A stretch of DNA of 64,000 nt from Thermoprotei archaeon. Lineage in GTDB: Archaea; Thermoproteota; Thermoprotei; QMSL01. The notes under the pieces are model-generated. The model was not told the origin of the DNA. It did not search any database and worked only from the letters and a program-made list of their open reading frames with translations. Positions 30,143 to 39,337 of this stretch are shown one piece after another. The first letter of the stretch is position 1. Every line of letters begins with the position of its first letter. The DNA lies in contig QMSP01000003.1 of NCBI GenBank assembly GCA_003650925.1, positions 19,446 to 83,445 on the forward strand. Reading direction: 5' to 3'. Both the position numbers and the translations under genes were made by a program.

Positions 30143-30955
30143 ATGTACATTGTAGGGAGAATACTTGAAATAAAGAGGCTTACTTGCAGGATAAAGGCTT
30201 TTACAGTAGAGGTTTGCGAGAGAGTAAATACTACTCCAGGTCAGTTCATGATGGTATGGATACCTCAAGTAGGCGAGATACCATTAAGCATAGCCTATAA
30301 GGAGGATAGGCTTCTAGAATTCATAGTAGCCAAAGTAGGCAGAGTCACGGGCCATATGCATGATAACCTCAGCAAGGGGGATAGACTAGCCATAAGAGGA
30401 CCGTATGGAAGAGGATTTACACTTAGAAATGTAGAGAAATGCCTCATGATAGCGGGAGGATATGGGCTTGCCCCCCTCCTTTATCTTTCACATGAACTAA
30501 AGAGAAGGGGTACTGAGATTGATGTAGCTTTAGGCTTCAGGACGAGAGAAGATGTGTTCTACACCAATAGATTTGATCATGTAGCTGATCATGTATGGGT
30601 TTTTACTGAGGATGGAAGCTATGGCATCAAGGGCATGGTAACGGAGGTCATGAAGAAGCATGTCAAGCTAAAGGACTACGACATAGTGTACACATGTGGA
30701 CCTGAGCTTATGATGTTCGAAGTTGTCAAACATTGCCTAGAGCAGGGAGTTAAAGTAGAGGCCTCACTCGAGAGAGTTATGAAATGTGGTATTGGAATAT
30801 GTGGCTCATGTATACTTGACCCTCTTGGACTTAGGGTCTGCAAGGATGGGCCTGTATTTGATGGAGAGGTGCTCATGAAGATTAATGATTTTGGAAGATA
30901 TTGGAGGTGTCTTGATGGAAGAAAGGTCCCTATCAAGAGTAGATTTAATAGTTGA
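30143..30955 (+). CDS. pyrK: Dihydroorotate dehydrogenase electron-transfer subunit.
   Basis: FAD/NAD-binding ferredoxin-reductase fold and a C-terminal 2Fe-2S cysteine cluster CGIGICGSC. Confidence 0.75.
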   Translation: MYIVGRILEIKRLTCRIKAFTVEVCERVNTTPGQFMMVWIPQVGEIPLSIAYKEDRLLEFIVAKVGRVTGHMHDNLSKGDRLAIRGPYGRGFTLRNVEKCLMIAGGYGLAPLLYLSHELKRRGTEIDVALGFRTREDVFYTNRFDHVADHVWVFTEDGSYGIKGMVTEVMKKHVKLKDYDIVYTCGPELMMFEVVKHCLEQGVKVEASLERVMKCGIGICGSCILDPLGLRVCKDGPVFDGEVLMKINDFGRYWRCLDGRKVPIKSRFNS

Positions 30956-32246
30956 GGGTAAGGCATACGTTGAGGGTAGGTTCATAGAGTGCGCAATAGG
31001 TATAGATGAAGGCATTATAGCTTCAATAACAAAACCTTCAATAGCCCCTCGAGCTGAGCACAAGGTGATTGCCAAGGGTAATGAGCTCATAGTTCCTGGT
31101 ATGGTTGATATGCATGTTCACATGAGAGGTCTTGAGGAGAGCTATAAGGAGGATTGGCTAACTGGAACTATGTCAGCTCTAAGAGGAGGAGTAACCTTCA
31201 TATGTGATATGCCGAACAACAAGCCTTTCATAAACTCCATAAGCAGGCTAAAGATGAAGCTTGATGAGGCTCGTGCTAATGCACTGGTCGACTACGGATT
31301 CTATCTAGGATTTCCAGAAGATCTTAATGAGCTCAGACAAGTTAAGGGCCTGGGAGTTTATGGAGTCAAGCTATACCCTGATGACTATCGAAGCGCCAGG
31401 CTATACAAGCTCCTCAGAGTTTGTGCAGAGGAGGGGCTGTTAGTGGTTTTTCATGCTGAAGACCCAGACATAGTAGACTCTGCCATGAGGCTACACAAGG
31501 TGAGGAAAGTGGAGAAACACCATGAGCTAAGGCCTGAGGCTGCTGAACATGAAGCTGTGAGAAAGCTACTCCTTGCTCTAAGTGAAGTTCAAGGTGTAAG
31601 AGCACACTTCACACACCTGAGCTTGGTCGAATCTATAAGGCAGGTGATATATGGAAAGATGCAGGGATTAAGCGTAACTTGTGATACTTGTCCTCACTAC
31701 ATGCTCCTCGATGCTTCTCTATTGACTAAATTGAAAGGCATAGCTAAGGTGAATCCTCCTCTAAGACCTCATAGTTACGTAAGAGAGGTCTTTAACTCAG
31801 TCAAGGGGATGATAGTCGACGCCATATCTACTGACCATGCGCCTCATCTGCTAGAGGAGAAGTTAAGAAGCTCATATGACGAAATACCACCAGGCTTTCC
31901 TGGCCTTGAGGTCTGTCTGCCCTTATTGATGACTTTGATCGACAAAGGCGACCTTCCCTTACAATGTATTGACCTCTACTCTAAGGGCCCAGCTAGAATA
32001 TTAGGCCTAGGTAAGGGAAGCATATCGATAGGATTTGATGGTGATCTAGTGATAGTCAGGAAGGAGAAGTGGACTATAAGAGGGAATGAGCTTGCATCAA
32101 AAGCTAAATTCACTCCATTTGAAGGATGGGAGCTGAAGTGGAAGGTAGTAAAAGTCTTAATTAGAGGCGTACTCGCTCTTGATGAGGGAGAAGTTAAGGT
32201 AGGGAAAGGGTATGGTAGGCTCATCAAGCCTCTCGATAGAGCTTAG
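30885..32246 (+). CDS. pyrC: Dihydroorotase (cyclic amidohydrolase family).
   Basis: VDMHVHMR metal-binding motif and VFHAED. The annotated start overlaps pyrK by 71 bp, so the real start is probably the internal Met (MEERSL). Confidence 0.75.
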   Translation: MILEDIGGVLMEERSLSRVDLIVEGKAYVEGRFIECAIGIDEGIIASITKPSIAPRAEHKVIAKGNELIVPGMVDMHVHMRGLEESYKEDWLTGTMSALRGGVTFICDMPNNKPFINSISRLKMKLDEARANALVDYGFYLGFPEDLNELRQVKGLGVYGVKLYPDDYRSARLYKLLRVCAEEGLLVVFHAEDPDIVDSAMRLHKVRKVEKHHELRPEAAEHEAVRKLLLALSEVQGVRAHFTHLSLVESIRQVIYGKMQGLSVTCDTCPHYMLLDASLLTKLKGIAKVNPPLRPHSYVREVFNSVKGMIVDAISTDHAPHLLEEKLRSSYDEIPPGFPGLEVCLPLLMTLIDKGDLPLQCIDLYSKGPARILGLGKGSISIGFDGDLVIVRKEKWTIRGNELASKAKFTPFEGWELKWKVVKVLIRGVLALDEGEVKVGKGYGRLIKPLDRA

Positions 32247-33141
32247 TGGGCTGTCGTTGAGAAATCCACTGATATTAGCATCAGGCATACTGGGCACTAC
32301 CTTTTCTATTATGAAGAGAATTGAAGCAGAAGGAGTAGGAGCTATCACCACGAAGAGCATTACCAGGGAGCCTCGAGATGGCTATCCCAACCCAGTAGTA
32401 GTTGAGCTTGAGTACGGCCTAGTTAATGCAATAGGTCTATCGAATCCAGGGATTGAGTACTTTGTACATGAGATCAAGCTCGCTAAGAGGCTCCTCAAGA
32501 TCCCTCTCATAGTCAGTGTTGCCGGCGGAGAAATAGAGGATATAGTCTATGTGTCGAGGAGAGCTGCTGATGCTGGAGCTGATGCTATAGAGCTAAACCT
32601 GTCATGCCCTCATGTCAGAGGAATGGGAATGGAGCTGGGAACAGACCCTATCATGGTCAAGGAAGTTGTTGAGTCCGTTAGAAAAAGAGTCAGCAAGCCC
32701 CTCTTCGTAAAGCTCTCCCCCAACGTGACTAGCATTGTAGAGATAGGGGAGGCAGCTGCAGATGGTGGTGCTGATGTACTAGTAGCCATAAACACAGTGA
32801 AGGCTATGGTCATAGATGTATACTTGAAGAAGCCTATTCTTTCAAATAGGTATGGAGGGCTCTCAGGCCCTGCTATTCATCCAATAGCTGTTAGATGTGT
32901 ATATGAGCTCTATGAGAATCTAGGAGATGAGGTTGAGATCGTAGGAGTAGGCGGTGTTGAGACATGGAGAGATGCCATAGAGCTCATACTAGCTGGAGCG
33001 TCAGCAGTAGGCATAGGCACTGCCATTGTAAGAAGAGGTCTCAAAGTATTCAGGGAGATCATTCAAGGTATGGCGCACTATCTTGAGGAGGAAGGCTTCA
33101 GTAGTATAGATGAAGTAGTGGGCCTTGCCCATAGACGCTAA
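32212..33141 (+). CDS. pyrD: Dihydroorotate dehydrogenase catalytic subunit (class 1B).
   Basis: LSNPGIEYF, NLSCPH (catalytic Cys) and the FMN-binding C-terminal GGV/GIGTA motifs. Confidence 0.8.
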   Translation: MVGSSSLSIELSGLSLRNPLILASGILGTTFSIMKRIEAEGVGAITTKSITREPRDGYPNPVVVELEYGLVNAIGLSNPGIEYFVHEIKLAKRLLKIPLIVSVAGGEIEDIVYVSRRAADAGADAIELNLSCPHVRGMGMELGTDPIMVKEVVESVRKRVSKPLFVKLSPNVTSIVEIGEAAADGGADVLVAINTVKAMVIDVYLKKPILSNRYGGLSGPAIHPIAVRCVYELYENLGDEVEIVGVGGVETWRDAIELILAGASAVGIGTAIVRRGLKVFREIIQGMAHYLEEEGFSSIDEVVGLAHRR

Positions 33142-34484
33142 GAGCCAAGCCCTATAGCAGCAAACTTGACGCCTGCTTTTCTGAACTCCTCTGGATCATA
33201 TATTCTTCTCCCATCCACTAGAGCAGGATTCCTCATAAGCTTAATGAAGTCTTTGGGCTTAAGCCGCCTAAATTCATCCCATTCAGTTACAAGTATGGCT
33301 AGATCAGCTCCTCTTAAGGCATCCTCCACTGTTCTAGCATACTCCACTAAGTCGCCGAATATTCTCCTAGCATTCTCCATAGCTACAGGGTCATGGACTA
33401 CAACTATTGCTCCCTCCCGTATAAGAGCTTGCACTACTTTGATCGATACTGCCTCACGCATGTCATCAGTTCCAGGCTTAAAGGCTAGGCCCAGAACTGC
33501 TACTTTAGCGCCTTTGAGATCACCTATGAGTTTTCTCGCAAGAGCAATAGCTCTATAGGGCTGTTCCTCGTTGATCTTCAAGACCTCTTTGAGTAATCCT
33601 GGATCGCAACCAAGTGATTCAGCAAACTTTATTATAGCCTTAAGGTCCTTTGGAAAGCATGACCCACCAAAGCCAAGTCCAGCTCCTAGAAAGGACGGAT
33701 TTATTCTATGATCCATTCCCACTGCATTCATTACTTCGACTACATCACATCCTGGAATCCTCTCACAAAGACGTGCAATCAAGTTGGCGAAGCTTATCTT
33801 CATGGCTAGCAATGCATTGCTAGCATACTTTATGAGCTCAGCTGCTTCAAGGCTTGTTCTTACTATGGGCACTCTATTCTCATAAAATGTTCTCCATAGA
33901 TTCTCCAAGATATCACCGCTTTTTCTATCGTACTCACCTATAACGACTCTATCAGGGTTAAGGGCGTCTCTTATAGCAGTGCCTTCCCTAAGAAACTCAG
34001 GATTCATTGCTAAGCCTAGCTCATCACCAAGAGTAAGCTCACTTTCCCTCTCAATGATTCTACCAACAATGTTACGTGTAGTGCCTGGGATAACAGTGCT
34101 CTTCACAGTTACAAGATGATACATACCTTTCCTTTTCTTAACTCTAAGTGCTCTTCCCAACTCCTTTGAGGCCTTCTTCACATAGTCGAGATTTATACTG
34201 CCATCAGGTAGACTAGGCGTTCCCACTGTAATGAAGCTTATATCACTATCCTCGATGGCTTTTTCATAGCTGGTAGTAGCTTCGAATAGCCCTTTTTCTA
34301 CCACTTCCCTTAGCATTTCCTCAAGGCCTGGCTCATAGAAGGGGGGATTGACATTATTTATCATCCTGACCTTCTCCTTATCTATGTCCACCCCAACCAC
34401 ATAGTAGCCTCTAGACGCAAGACATACTCCTGTAGTAAGCCCTACGTATCCAAGGCCTATTATCGATATCCCCTTTATCCTCAC
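33138..34484 (-). CDS. UDP-glucose/GDP-mannose 6-dehydrogenase family (nucleotide-sugar dehydrogenase).
   Basis: N-terminal IIGLGYVGLTTGV Rossmann motif and the catalytic Cys motif GGSCFPKD. Confidence 0.75.
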   Translation of the reverse strand: MRIKGISIIGLGYVGLTTGVCLASRGYYVVGVDIDKEKVRMINNVNPPFYEPGLEEMLREVVEKGLFEATTSYEKAIEDSDISFITVGTPSLPDGSINLDYVKKASKELGRALRVKKRKGMYHLVTVKSTVIPGTTRNIVGRIIERESELTLGDELGLAMNPEFLREGTAIRDALNPDRVVIGEYDRKSGDILENLWRTFYENRVPIVRTSLEAAELIKYASNALLAMKISFANLIARLCERIPGCDVVEVMNAVGMDHRINPSFLGAGLGFGGSCFPKDLKAIIKFAESLGCDPGLLKEVLKINEEQPYRAIALARKLIGDLKGAKVAVLGLAFKPGTDDMREAVSIKVVQALIREGAIVVVHDPVAMENARRIFGDLVEYARTVEDALRGADLAILVTEWDEFRRLKPKDFIKLMRNPALVDGRRIYDPEEFRKAGVKFAAIGLGS

Positions 34485-34518
34485 GTCTCTCCCTATTGTG
34501 TAGATATCTTGAGGAAAG

Positions 34519-34731
34519 TTATTTTAGTGCTCCTGATCCACAGCCTTTCCTCTCGCTTACCTCCTTGATTGCTTTTAGAGCATTCTCTATGGAGCTTATG
34601 GCATTCATTATATGTGATCTTACTTCATCATCAAAATGATTTGCATAATCTCTAAGGGACCTCATGGTGATCTGAGCAAACAGCTTAAACCTGTGATAAT
34701 CGCTCCTCACATTATCTTCGCACATAGTCAC
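34519..34731 (-). CDS. Hypothetical small protein (70 aa).
   Basis: ORF only, with no motif. It lies just downstream of the dehydrogenase gene on the same strand. Confidence 0.2.
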   Translation of the reverse strand: MTMCEDNVRSDYHRFKLFAQITMRSLRDYANHFDDEVRSHIMNAISSIENALKAIKEVSERKGCGSGALK

Positions 34732-35054
34732 TCGATATCACCTTTATTTAACCCTGTGGATATAAGGGTTACTAATATGTATATCTACATAGTTTAGACA
34801 ACCAACTACATGTTCATAATCTTCACAATCTTAGCTACACCTTCTTCACGCTATCAGCAGCTGCTGAGGATGAGCCAACGTTGATGTATTCACTTCTCTG
34901 AGGACTGGTCAAGGCTATAGATGGGCAGGATACAAAATAGTATGCTCGTAGTGAGCAATTGATAATATGGCATCTTAGCCTCAAGGCCTGCGATTTAATA
35001 AAAAGCGTTATAAAGGATGGAGTTTGACTGGGCTCTCTTACTCAGTAATTTCGT

Positions 35055-36074
35055 TTAGTCTCGAAAGTCTAGGACGACAGCTAGTGCCTGGGTTCTATCC
35101 TTGAGTAGCATTTCGTATGCCTTAGGAGCTTCTCGCCATGGAAATCTATGGGTGATGAAATGGTCAAGGTTGATCAGGCCCTCCTTCAGTAAGTTGAAAA
35201 ATAGCTTTGCATTTCTCTTCCTCGTCCAAGGATAATATGGAGTCTCATAAGCTGGCTGGCTAGTGAAATGGGTACCTATTATCATCCTGCTCATGGCGTT
35301 TACTTCATCATGAAAGTCTATGGTTGATGGACCTCTTGGGGAGCTGAGCACTATGAAGCGGCCCAAGGGCTTAGCAAGCTTTATGGCCCAGGGTATAACC
35401 GTGGGATTTCCAGTAACTTCAAAGACTACATCAGCCATTCTCCCTTCAGTGAGTTGCTTGACCACCTCCATCACTTTTTCAGGGCTTACAGCCTTGACTA
35501 TGGCCGTGGCTCCACTTAGTTTAGCGAGCTCTAACCTCTTATCAGCTATGTCAACAGCTATGACAGGGAAGCCTCCACACAATCTGCTGAAGATGATAGC
35601 CATCTGCCCAAGTAGACCTAAGCCCACAACCATAACGGCCTCGCCTAAGGAGACTTTAGCTAGCCTGACAGAGTGCATAACTCCTGCGGCTATCGTGTGA
35701 AGACAGGCGATCTCAGGCCTCACACCCTCAGGGACTTTAACAAGTTCATTAGCATCCACGATCCAGTGCTTGGCATGAGGACTCATAGTGGCCACTCTGT
35801 CACCAACTTCAAAGCCAGAGACCTCGGGCCCAAGCTCTATTATTCTTCCAACACAAGAGTATCCTGGTATGAAGGGGTATTTGACGTACCTGGACCAAGC
35901 TGAGGGCCTAGGAAAGTCGCCTGTTAGGGCTGTCAGCTCTGTTCCTGTGCTTATGATCGTAAACTCCGTCTCCAAGAGAACTTGTCCTGGACCTGGTTTG
36001 CCAAGCTCAAACTCCTCAATCTTGACTTCAAAGGGCTTTGGAAAGACTAAACGCCAGCTTTTCAAGTAGAGCAC
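35055..36074 (-). CDS. Zinc-binding medium-chain alcohol/polyol dehydrogenase.
   Basis: GroES-like N-domain with Zn ligands (…GYSCVGRI…) and a Rossmann VVGLGLLGQMAI. 339 aa. Confidence 0.7.
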   Translation of the reverse strand: MLYLKSWRLVFPKPFEVKIEEFELGKPGPGQVLLETEFTIISTGTELTALTGDFPRPSAWSRYVKYPFIPGYSCVGRIIELGPEVSGFEVGDRVATMSPHAKHWIVDANELVKVPEGVRPEIACLHTIAAGVMHSVRLAKVSLGEAVMVVGLGLLGQMAIIFSRLCGGFPVIAVDIADKRLELAKLSGATAIVKAVSPEKVMEVVKQLTEGRMADVVFEVTGNPTVIPWAIKLAKPLGRFIVLSSPRGPSTIDFHDEVNAMSRMIIGTHFTSQPAYETPYYPWTRKRNAKLFFNLLKEGLINLDHFITHRFPWREAPKAYEMLLKDRTQALAVVLDFRD

Positions 36075-36267
36075 CTATACATTTCTAAGGTCTGAGTCGA
36101 AATAAAGTTATCAGCTTCTTGAGGTAAAAGAACGGTGATCATGGAGTTTGAGCCTTAATGGAGCTTATCAATGCACTCAGCCTCTAGCCTAGTCGTCATC
36201 GGCAGAAGCCTAGGAGCTGCCCGCTCTCATCACTCCAATCAATAGTAGAGCCTAGTGCGTTATAAAC

Positions 36268-36702
36268 TTAGCTACCTTCATCCTCAACGCCTCGATCTCT
36301 TGCTCTACGCCTTCTCAAGGCCTCTCTTATCCTTTGATCTCTTTCCACTAGATATCTTGCAAATTCACTGTCAATAAAATACAGAGTTCGTTTAATACCA
36401 ATGTGGTCCACTAGCCTTATCAATACATCAAGATGAGTGCCGGGCCCAAGCATAAAGCCTCTTGTCCTCTCCTCCGTGGTTACAAGCCCTAGATCCTCAA
36501 GAAGCTTAACAGCAGAGACCAAGAGCTCAGGAGTGAGAGGATATTCAGGAAGGCCTCTTCTTATCTTAATTATGTCGGTAGGCAGCTCGCTAAGCCATAG
36601 AACTCCATGAAAGACTGCAAGAGCTCTAAGGGTGTCAAGGGCCAGTTTCGAGACGTCATCCTCGGCCTCTAGAAGTCTTTTAATTTCCTCTTCAAAGCTC
36701 AA
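36268..36702 (-). CDS. Hypothetical protein.
   Basis: A 144-aa ORF with an Arg/Asp-rich C-terminus. Confidence 0.3.
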   Translation of the reverse strand: MSFEEEIKRLLEAEDDVSKLALDTLRALAVFHGVLWLSELPTDIIKIRRGLPEYPLTPELLVSAVKLLEDLGLVTTEERTRGFMLGPGTHLDVLIRLVDHIGIKRTLYFIDSEFARYLVERDQRIREALRRRRARDRGVEDEGS

Positions 36703-36739
36703 ATTCTCACACTATTTCATAAATAAGAAGCTTGAGTAT

Positions 36740-37114
36740 TTAAGATGGTCTACTCTCACCAAGCACATCTAATACATAATTTACGAAAGAGCGTGCCAGT
36801 TCATATGCACGACCTACTGAGTGGGATGATATGATTGTCAACGATGAGGGATAAGCCTCTATAACGTGTTCCTTAAGCTCAAAGTCCTCAAAGGATACGT
36901 GGAGGAACTCCACATCTTCGTCTTCCTCATGAGCTATGCCTATGCCCCATCTCCATCTCCTAGCCTTAGGTAGTAGGAACTTGCTCAGGATCTTCTCAAC
37001 CTCTGAATGGCTCAAGCCAAAGAGAAGCCTGAACAGTTTGCTTTCCTTCTCAGAGAGCTCAACAATTGCGTACACTCTATATATGGATGGGAACTCGTAA
37101 ACACTGATCTTCAT
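36740..37114 (-). CDS. Hypothetical protein, co-transcribed with thrC.
   Basis: A 124-aa ORF overlapping the 3' end of thrC by 4 bp. Confidence 0.35.
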   Translation of the reverse strand: MKISVYEFPSIYRVYAIVELSEKESKLFRLLFGLSHSEVEKILSKFLLPKARRWRWGIGIAHEEDEDVEFLHVSFEDFELKEHVIEAYPSSLTIISSHSVGRAYELARSFVNYVLDVLGESRPS

Positions 37115-38223
37115 CCCTGCACCTCCATTGCCTTAGTTAAAGTAGTGACAACTTTGAGACCTGAGCCTGTTAGGGGTAGAAATACCAGTTCATCTCTATC
37201 CACAAGACCCTGCTCCAAGGCCATGCTTAGGGCTGCAAGCACTGTGGCGCTCGTGGGCTCCACTAGGAAGCCCATGCTCAACATATCTTTGAGAGCCCCT
37301 CTTATCAAGGAGTCGTCAACTACTATACAGTCACCTTCAGTATCCTTTATAGCAGCTATTATTTGATGTAGTCTAGGTGGTCTTCTAACTCTTAAGCCAT
37401 CTGCTAGAGCTGAAACTCCATAGATCTTAGCCCCTTTTAAGATTTCGTATACGGGAGCGCATGAGGCACCCTGTACAGCAATTATCCTTGGGACGTGATC
37501 TATGAGCCCTTGTTCTCTCAGCTCTTTAAACCCCTTGTAGAGGCCCAATAGCAATGTGCCACTAGCTACTGGGACAAAAGCAACATCTACCACATCACCT
37601 TGCATCTGCTCATATAGCTCATAGGCTATAGTCTTAGTCCCCTCTATGAAGTAGGGATTCCATAGATGTCCTACATAAGCTATATACTCTCTCTCAGCAT
37701 GCATAGCCTTTATCGCTGCCTCTTCCCTGTCCCTGCACGTGACCAAGTAGGCACCGGATAGCCTTATGAGGGCGATCTTTCCCTCAGGGGCATCCTGAGG
37801 AACATATATGTATGCCTTCATACCATGAGCTCTAGCGTAGAAGGCGGCTGAGAGGCCAGCATTCCCAGAGGAGTCTTCGGCAATAGTGTTGATATTCAGC
37901 TCTAGACAACGAGCTATTGTGACAGCTGTTCCTCGATCCTTGAAGGAGCCAGTTGGATTAAGATACTCAAGCTTGAAGACCACCTCTACATCGTATACTT
38001 TTCTTCTGATGATGGGAGTATACCCTTCTCCAAGGCTTGCAATAGCGTCTGTAGGCAGTACTAATTTATAGCGCCATATATCCCATCTTGGCCTGAGGAC
38101 ACTTAGGTCGATCTGCAGCTCAGGCAATTTCACCTCCAAGGGGCTACCACAAGTACATCTCCAAATCCACTTTGAAGGGACTATCTCCTTACCACATGCT
38201 GTGCACCTTAGAGTATGCTCCAT
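37111..38223 (-). CDS. thrC: Threonine synthase.
   Basis: PLP-lysine motif GSFKDRG and a glycine-rich loop in the threonine synthase fold. 370 aa. Confidence 0.8.
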   Translation of the reverse strand: MEHTLRCTACGKEIVPSKWIWRCTCGSPLEVKLPELQIDLSVLRPRWDIWRYKLVLPTDAIASLGEGYTPIIRRKVYDVEVVFKLEYLNPTGSFKDRGTAVTIARCLELNINTIAEDSSGNAGLSAAFYARAHGMKAYIYVPQDAPEGKIALIRLSGAYLVTCRDREEAAIKAMHAEREYIAYVGHLWNPYFIEGTKTIAYELYEQMQGDVVDVAFVPVASGTLLLGLYKGFKELREQGLIDHVPRIIAVQGASCAPVYEILKGAKIYGVSALADGLRVRRPPRLHQIIAAIKDTEGDCIVVDDSLIRGALKDMLSMGFLVEPTSATVLAALSMALEQGLVDRDELVFLPLTGSGLKVVTTLTKAMEVQG

Positions 38224-38238
38224 GACTCATACCTCCGC

Positions 38239-38715
38239 CTAGTCCTTGAGCATAAGGTCATACCTCTCTACTACTATGCCATACTTCCTCAACTTATAGG
38301 CTTGCTCTCTTACCTGCTTATCTGACAGAAGAGGGATGTGTTCATAGTGGCTGGAGAGCATCATGATCTCCTTAAGCTCCTCGGGGTCTATTCTTCTCTT
38401 GGCTGTGTAGACTGTAACCTTAACCCTATCCTTATAGCTAAAGACAGTAACTAGATGGGCTGGCGTTCCATAACGTGACATAATGGCTAGTGTCTTGAGG
38501 TCGGCAATGGAAGGCGCCGTCCTTGGTATGGGATGGGTGTGCACTACAGCGATTGCTCTACCATGGACTCTGTTGTAGACGGGAATGACAGCCAGTTCTT
38601 GAGTATTATATAAATGACTCGATATGTATCCATCTTCAAAGAGCACTAGAGCATACTCCTTATCCTTAGGATATCTGGCTATGGTCTGAACTAGCCTATA
38701 CAGCCTATCATCCAT
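38239..38715 (-). CDS. JAB/MPN (JAMM) domain protein.
   Basis: JAMM-like motif AVVHTHPIPRTAPSIADL (HxH…S…D). Confidence 0.5.
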   Translation of the reverse strand: MDDRLYRLVQTIARYPKDKEYALVLFEDGYISSHLYNTQELAVIPVYNRVHGRAIAVVHTHPIPRTAPSIADLKTLAIMSRYGTPAHLVTVFSYKDRVKVTVYTAKRRIDPEELKEIMMLSSHYEHIPLLSDKQVREQAYKLRKYGIVVERYDLMLKD

Positions 38716-38741
38716 ATGCTCAACTCCTTAGTCTGGCGTCG

Positions 38742-39032
38742 TTATTTGAGCTCTTCCTCGGTTCTCCTTCTCTTTACAGCTCGGTCAAATATTATCCAGT
38801 TCTTGTACCATTCCTCATTCTCCTTCTTTAGAAGCTCAAGTATCATCTTAGTAAGCTCTTTTGCTGTAACCTCGCTAACTCCTTTCTCTAAGAGCCTTCC
38901 CTCAATTATCTTAGCTATTTTCCTTGCTGCTTCTGGAGTAGCTCCTGCCTTAAGACAGCTAACGACTATCTTCTCAGGAATAAATTCTTCTTTACGTCCA
39001 TCTCTTTTGACTACGGTTATCAAATCTATCAC
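38742..39032 (-). CDS. Stand-alone ATP-cone domain protein.
   Basis: VVKRDGRKEEFIPEKI… matches the ATP-cone N-terminal consensus (V.KRdG..E.Fd..KI). 96 aa. Confidence 0.5.
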   Translation of the reverse strand: MIDLITVVKRDGRKEEFIPEKIVVSCLKAGATPEAARKIAKIIEGRLLEKGVSEVTAKELTKMILELLKKENEEWYKNWIIFDRAVKRRRTEEELK

Positions 39033-39226
39033 CTATTCAATACTTTTCAGCATCATTTAGATATATCTATCGCTACTTATGAGCATGCTGAAATCTTCAT
39101 AATAGCTCATGAAAGCCGTCATATATGAGCGCGATATTTCAAGGTAATTAGGCACCTAATGGAGTTGTAGTAAAGCTAAAAAACAAGCAGTGCCTAGTAG
39201 ACATAGCAGTGATGATCTACCCGCCC

Positions 39227-39295
39227 TGAAGCGTGATGAGCACACCCTCGCTGAGCAAGGGCGATGACCTATGGCCTCCCTGCCTGATGGGTGAT
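39227..39295 (+). ncRNA. Candidate C/D-box sRNA (weak).
   Basis: Box-like elements in order: GTGATGA (C), CTGA (D'), GCGATGA (C'-like), CTGA (D), then a second GGTGATGA. No clear terminal stem, so this is speculative. Confidence 0.15.
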
Positions 39296-39337
39296 GATTG
39301 GAGGCCTCGTGGGAGCCTTGTGCTTATGTAATTCCTC

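Noticed and set aside
39061-39337. Possible tRNA or SRP RNA in the 277-bp gap.
   Set aside because: There is no acceptor-stem or T-loop complementarity (no GTTCGAATC-like box). Only the weak C/D-box-like pattern was retained, as a low-confidence finding.
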